From Dimargaris cristalligena (lineage: Eukaryota): a stretch of 36,261 nucleotides of DNA. A program made the translations under genes and the position numbers. The first letter of the stretch is position 1. Each line of letters starts with the position of its first letter. Of this stretch, positions 32,150 to 36,261 are shown piece by piece. The stretch covers positions 1 to 36,261 of the forward strand of contig ML002375.1 of NCBI GenBank assembly GCA_003614675.1, in the 5' to 3' direction. The notes under the pieces are model-generated. The model saw nothing but the letters and a program-made list of their open reading frames with translations, was not told where the DNA came from and made no database searches.

Positions 32150-35100
32150 CAGCAAGCAATTAGTGTCCACAGGCTTCTCCCCCCCTCTCTCTCTCTCTAC
32201 TTCTTCTCTAAAACTTGTTTGACATTTTGCATAGGGCTTAATGGTATGCACTGTCCCCTCTCTTTTTAACAAGAGCTTGAGCTTTTTGCATGGCTATAAT
32301 GGTCGGAGAAGTTGCGGGATGACATTGATCTACCGAGCCAACAATCAAGCAGTCTTGGTCTTTAATACAATATCACTGACCCTCATTATGCATCTCAGCC
32401 ACAGTTATAAAGATCCCAACCAGATTTACTCCTTAGCCCAACCTGTGATCACCAATACTACCATGTAGCTGCACCATTTCTACTAAGCCTCTTTTAGTTA
32501 ATATAATCATCTTTATACAACACCCTGGTGTGGTGGTCAGTACTAAAGGTTGTTAGAAAACCATTTCATCCTGAGTGTGGAATATTCTTCCCGATGTGGT
32601 ACATGCTTACTGGCCTCCTATTGGTCAGATTTTCCCTAATAAAACTATCGCGGAGAGCTTAACCATCTCCTTGCAGTCCTTTCCTACTTTTATCTAATTT
32701 TGACTTAAGCTTTATAATTAATCTCAGATTATCATCTATGAGAGAACTTGAGGTTATTCCAACAAAGGTAACATTACTACCATGGGAATAGGAGGGTGGG
32801 TGGACAGGAAGAATGGAATGAAGTAGAGATGCATATCTGGGTACATATTCCATAGACCACCCATGCTGGCCAGTCATACCATTTAGTTATTTGCCACTTT
32901 GACTCAGATATCACCATATGCCTTTATTCTGGGGGTGGTATATATACTACCTGGGAGGTCTGGCCTATTGCCAGTGGCCTTTGGGTTTCATGAGGAGGCA
33001 GTGGCCTCCTTATCAGTATGGCCTGAAGTCACGGCAGCCAGCTCCCTGGCAGCAGAAGATGGGAGGTTTGCGGAGTTAGATGAGACAGGGGCAGAGTTGG
33101 GCATCATCATGTTGGGGGCACAGAGGGGTGGGTAATTAGTAAACCAGACAGGGGTTAGGGGGGATAAATGAGGAGTATCAAAGTTTATTGAGAAATAATA
33201 GCACAATGGAATTGGTAATTAATAATTAATAAAAAAGTCATTGTCAAGTTCAAGGAATATTAGAAATGAGTTTGGAAATTCAGAGTGGGTGATGATTGTC
33301 CTTTAAACAAGTGGGAATTCACTGGTTACTTATGTAGCCATCCTGTGGGCCTTAGGGGCTGCTGGATATAAGGAAAGTGATGTAGAAAAAAAGTCAAGAA
33401 TAGAACAAGATGGAATGACAAGGAATTTACCAAAAAATAGGTCGGACTTTTAGATGCAAGGAAGAATGGTGGGCTTTTTAATGCAAACTGCAAGTATAAA
33501 GAAATGAATAATATTTTGTTAGTTTTTTGTGGGCACCACAGTATAGGCAGTATTTTTTTATGGGTAAATGATGGGATTGATACCACCATTACATGCCATG
33601 GCATATTCTGCCCTTTGACAATGAAAACTGGCTGTCCATAGTCCAGGGACAAGTGCTGACCTCTGGATGGTACTACATATACAGCCTGCCCACCCACCCT
33701 TGAATATACTTTTTTTTAAAAAAAATGTACAGTAAATTAACAATACCCCAGGTCTGATAATTGGCTGTTTAATGAGCTGATACTGAAGAAACCACCAACC
33801 CAGCATGCCCATTGTGTAAGCTATGGTACAAATCGGCTTGAGGGCAATCTTCTCACCAAGAGTCGACCCAAACTAATTAGAATTCTGGCAATCTGAATAC
33901 CCATTATAATGATAGCTGACAGCCCCAAGCAGGATAAACTGGCACCTCTAATGAAGAAGCCCACTGACATGTAGGCTTGAATTATGGGGATATTGGCCTG
34001 TGGGAAGCAAGTCGGCGAGACAATGTGCACTAGCTTAACAAGTCACCAGAATGGTCTATAGGTGGTCCTGGGTTAGAATGGCCCTTTTCTAAAATATACA
34101 ATAGTATACACAGGGATTGCAGCACTCAATTGGGGGTATTTTTCTATTGGCCAAAGGAATAAACAGTCTGGATTTTCATTCTGGGTGGGTTCCATGACCA
34201 ACCTCTTCTGACTCACCCATTTTCATTAATTTGGTTGATGGACAAGCAACAGGGTGAATATTCAATAAAAGGGAGAGACAGGTTGATCTAAGGAATGTAG
34301 CAACATATTCAATGCTAAGCATGTATTCAACTGGTTGCTTGACAATGAACAGTTAATCATTTGGGCTCTTCGATTTTTAAATAGATTGAATCATCCAATG
34401 GGGGGGGGGGTTGATGGCAAACTACAGGGTTTAATTGAATAGGGCCACTGGCAGATGGGAGGAACCATAGCAGCCAAACCACCATCTCCATAGTTGGTTA
34501 GTCAGGGTGGGTCTATATTACATGCTGTGGTAAACCCAAGATTAATTTATCAGATGGTCACCTTCAAATATCAAGACCCACAATCAAAGCCAGTTTCTTT
34601 ATAGCCATGATAATCATGGCAGATAACATGTAGACTTGCTGACCCAAACTGGCTTGTTGTATGGGGGTTTATTCTTTCATCCTCAATGGCTGCTTCTCTG
34701 GTAGTTAAACATTGCCAGACTTCTGGCCAGTTCCACTACTAGCAGTCCTACCCCACCATCCCTTACTTTCACCTATCCTTGTATTCCACTTTTCCTATTA
34801 TTTTATAAATTCATAAGTTCTATTCAACAATTCTCTCCATTGCTTTTACCAGCCTATTCTACTATATTCCCTTCATTTAATGGGCCAACCGGGGCACCCT
34901 CCCTCCCAACTGATCAAATTGATACCCCTTCACCCTTAGCCATTATATGGCTACCAATATGAATAATTCCAGGGAACACTGGGGTGATTGCATCTGTGGA
35001 GCTCTATGGTTTTAGTATATTAGTGAAGAAACTAGCCAAGTTGTCCACTGCTAAGTAGGGAATAACACCAAGTCCTCCTTACCAAGCCAGTTAAACGACA

Positions 35101-35600
35101 CACCCGCTATGTCCAGAAAACCACCAAAAAAACAATTACATACTTCTACAGTGATTAAAAGCTTTAATACTGGGACGGATTTGATACCAGTGGCCTTCCT
35201 ACCAATATAGTACCAGGAGGTGTTTTAGCTTGTAGTGACTTGATAGGGAACACTAGAAGAGGTATATCGATGACAAGGCAGCTAACCCCTCTTAATCAGC
35301 CAAGAATCCTCATAGGTAGGCTTCTATCGGGAATAGCTTAGCAAGTACTCTCAACCAACAGGTTGTATAATCTGACAAGGGTATTTACATGCTTAGATGG
35401 AACCTATGGATTATCTGTGATTGACAAATATACACATGGGCACATTGTAGAATCCTGTAATTTTTACCTCATCTAATGTATTGTTCGTTATACTGTCTGG
35501 ATGAACTTATCCCTTATGGAAAACAAGCCCCTTTTTTACTAGGCATATATTTCCAGGGTATACTAATAAGTGTTAAAATCCTCTAAGTGTGATAAATGTA
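32150..35600. other. CpG-depleted degenerate tract: probable decayed transposon or pseudogene, unidentified
   Basis: CpG is rare at moderate GC content. There are short, stop-interrupted minus-strand ORF fragments (32659-33206, 33558-34030), and I recognise no domain. Confidence 0.45.
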
Positions 35601-35860
35601 TAGTAATAAAGGGGCCGGTGGTTGTAAGAGAATGGTCGAATAAGTACGCAAGGTATATAATACCTGAATGAAGAGTTGATGTGGCATTGCATTGGGAGTG
35701 AGACTTCGATAAAAACGGGTCAACACAAATGGGGGAATATATAGTGCAATAACAGGGCTATTGGACTGAATAGTTTTGGTTTAATATGATACATCGGCTA
35801 TAGTGCCACCACCGTTCATCATATGTTGGCTCTGAACCTACATTCATACACGTTGGAGAT

Positions 35861-35985
35861 TTCAATAAGGGTGAAATTCGGCTCAGCTATATAAGGGTTT
35901 AAATGATACGTGTATATGGGATAAAAGGTAGGTGATGTATTTTCAGCCAGTAATACTGACCTCATCCACCAGATTTCTCGTTATA
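35861..35985. repeat. Diverged direct repeat, copy B (partner at ~30621-30740)
   Basis: Same TGAAATTCGGC(T/C)CAGCT(A/G)TATA core and colinear downstream sequence as copy A. Confidence 0.7.
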
Positions 35986-36261
35986 GAGCTTTATTGAACT
36001 TCTTACATACATATTAGGTCGAGATCTATTGTAGGTAAATATAATTGGTAACTGGTTGAGATTGGGCATTATGAAATGTGCAAAAAAAAGGCTCTATAGT
36101 CCATATTAAACGTAAAGGCTTGGGGTATAGTATGAAGTAATTTGACCCTGGGTGTCTAGTGTTGGGCCGGTGATTTGAGGAACCCCTCTCCCGGGACTAA
36201 GGCTGGGGCTGAGCCCCGCGCTATGCTCGGGATTGGATGGGTCACCGGACATCGGGTTTGG

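Noticed and set aside
1-36261. CRISPR array, rRNA or prokaryotic operon
   Set aside because: No repeat-spacer array or rRNA motifs were seen, and the sequence is intron-containing eukaryotic DNA.

Overview
This is eukaryotic, fungal-type genomic DNA with GT-AG introns and CTAAC branch sites. By inference from gene style and protein divergence it comes from a non-Dikarya fungus, possibly Zoopagomycota; the taxon is unverified. The conserved core holds a mitochondrial-type acyl-CoA synthetase (ACSS3/PrpE-like), a 7-exon YebC/TACO1 gene, coatomer epsilon, CMC2, AIM19, a U2 snRNA gene, 5-exon FAM50/XAP5, 3-exon COX4 (COX5B) and HIS1. Four secreted-protein genes are interspersed: two related prepro-peptides with Kex2-type RR sites, a Cu-only-SOD-fold protein lacking all four copper histidines, and a ~500-aa orphan. 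Three of these lie near CpG-depleted tracts (1-1500, 18110-19720, ~32150-35600). The first two tracts contain two diverged copies of a solo-LTR-like element, one carrying a nested insertion. Many differences between the copies are CpA/TpG<->TpA, which is RIP-like. An unidentified ~340-nt structured RNA candidate with a K-turn lies at ~3535-3875. All alignments, counts and folds were made by eye.
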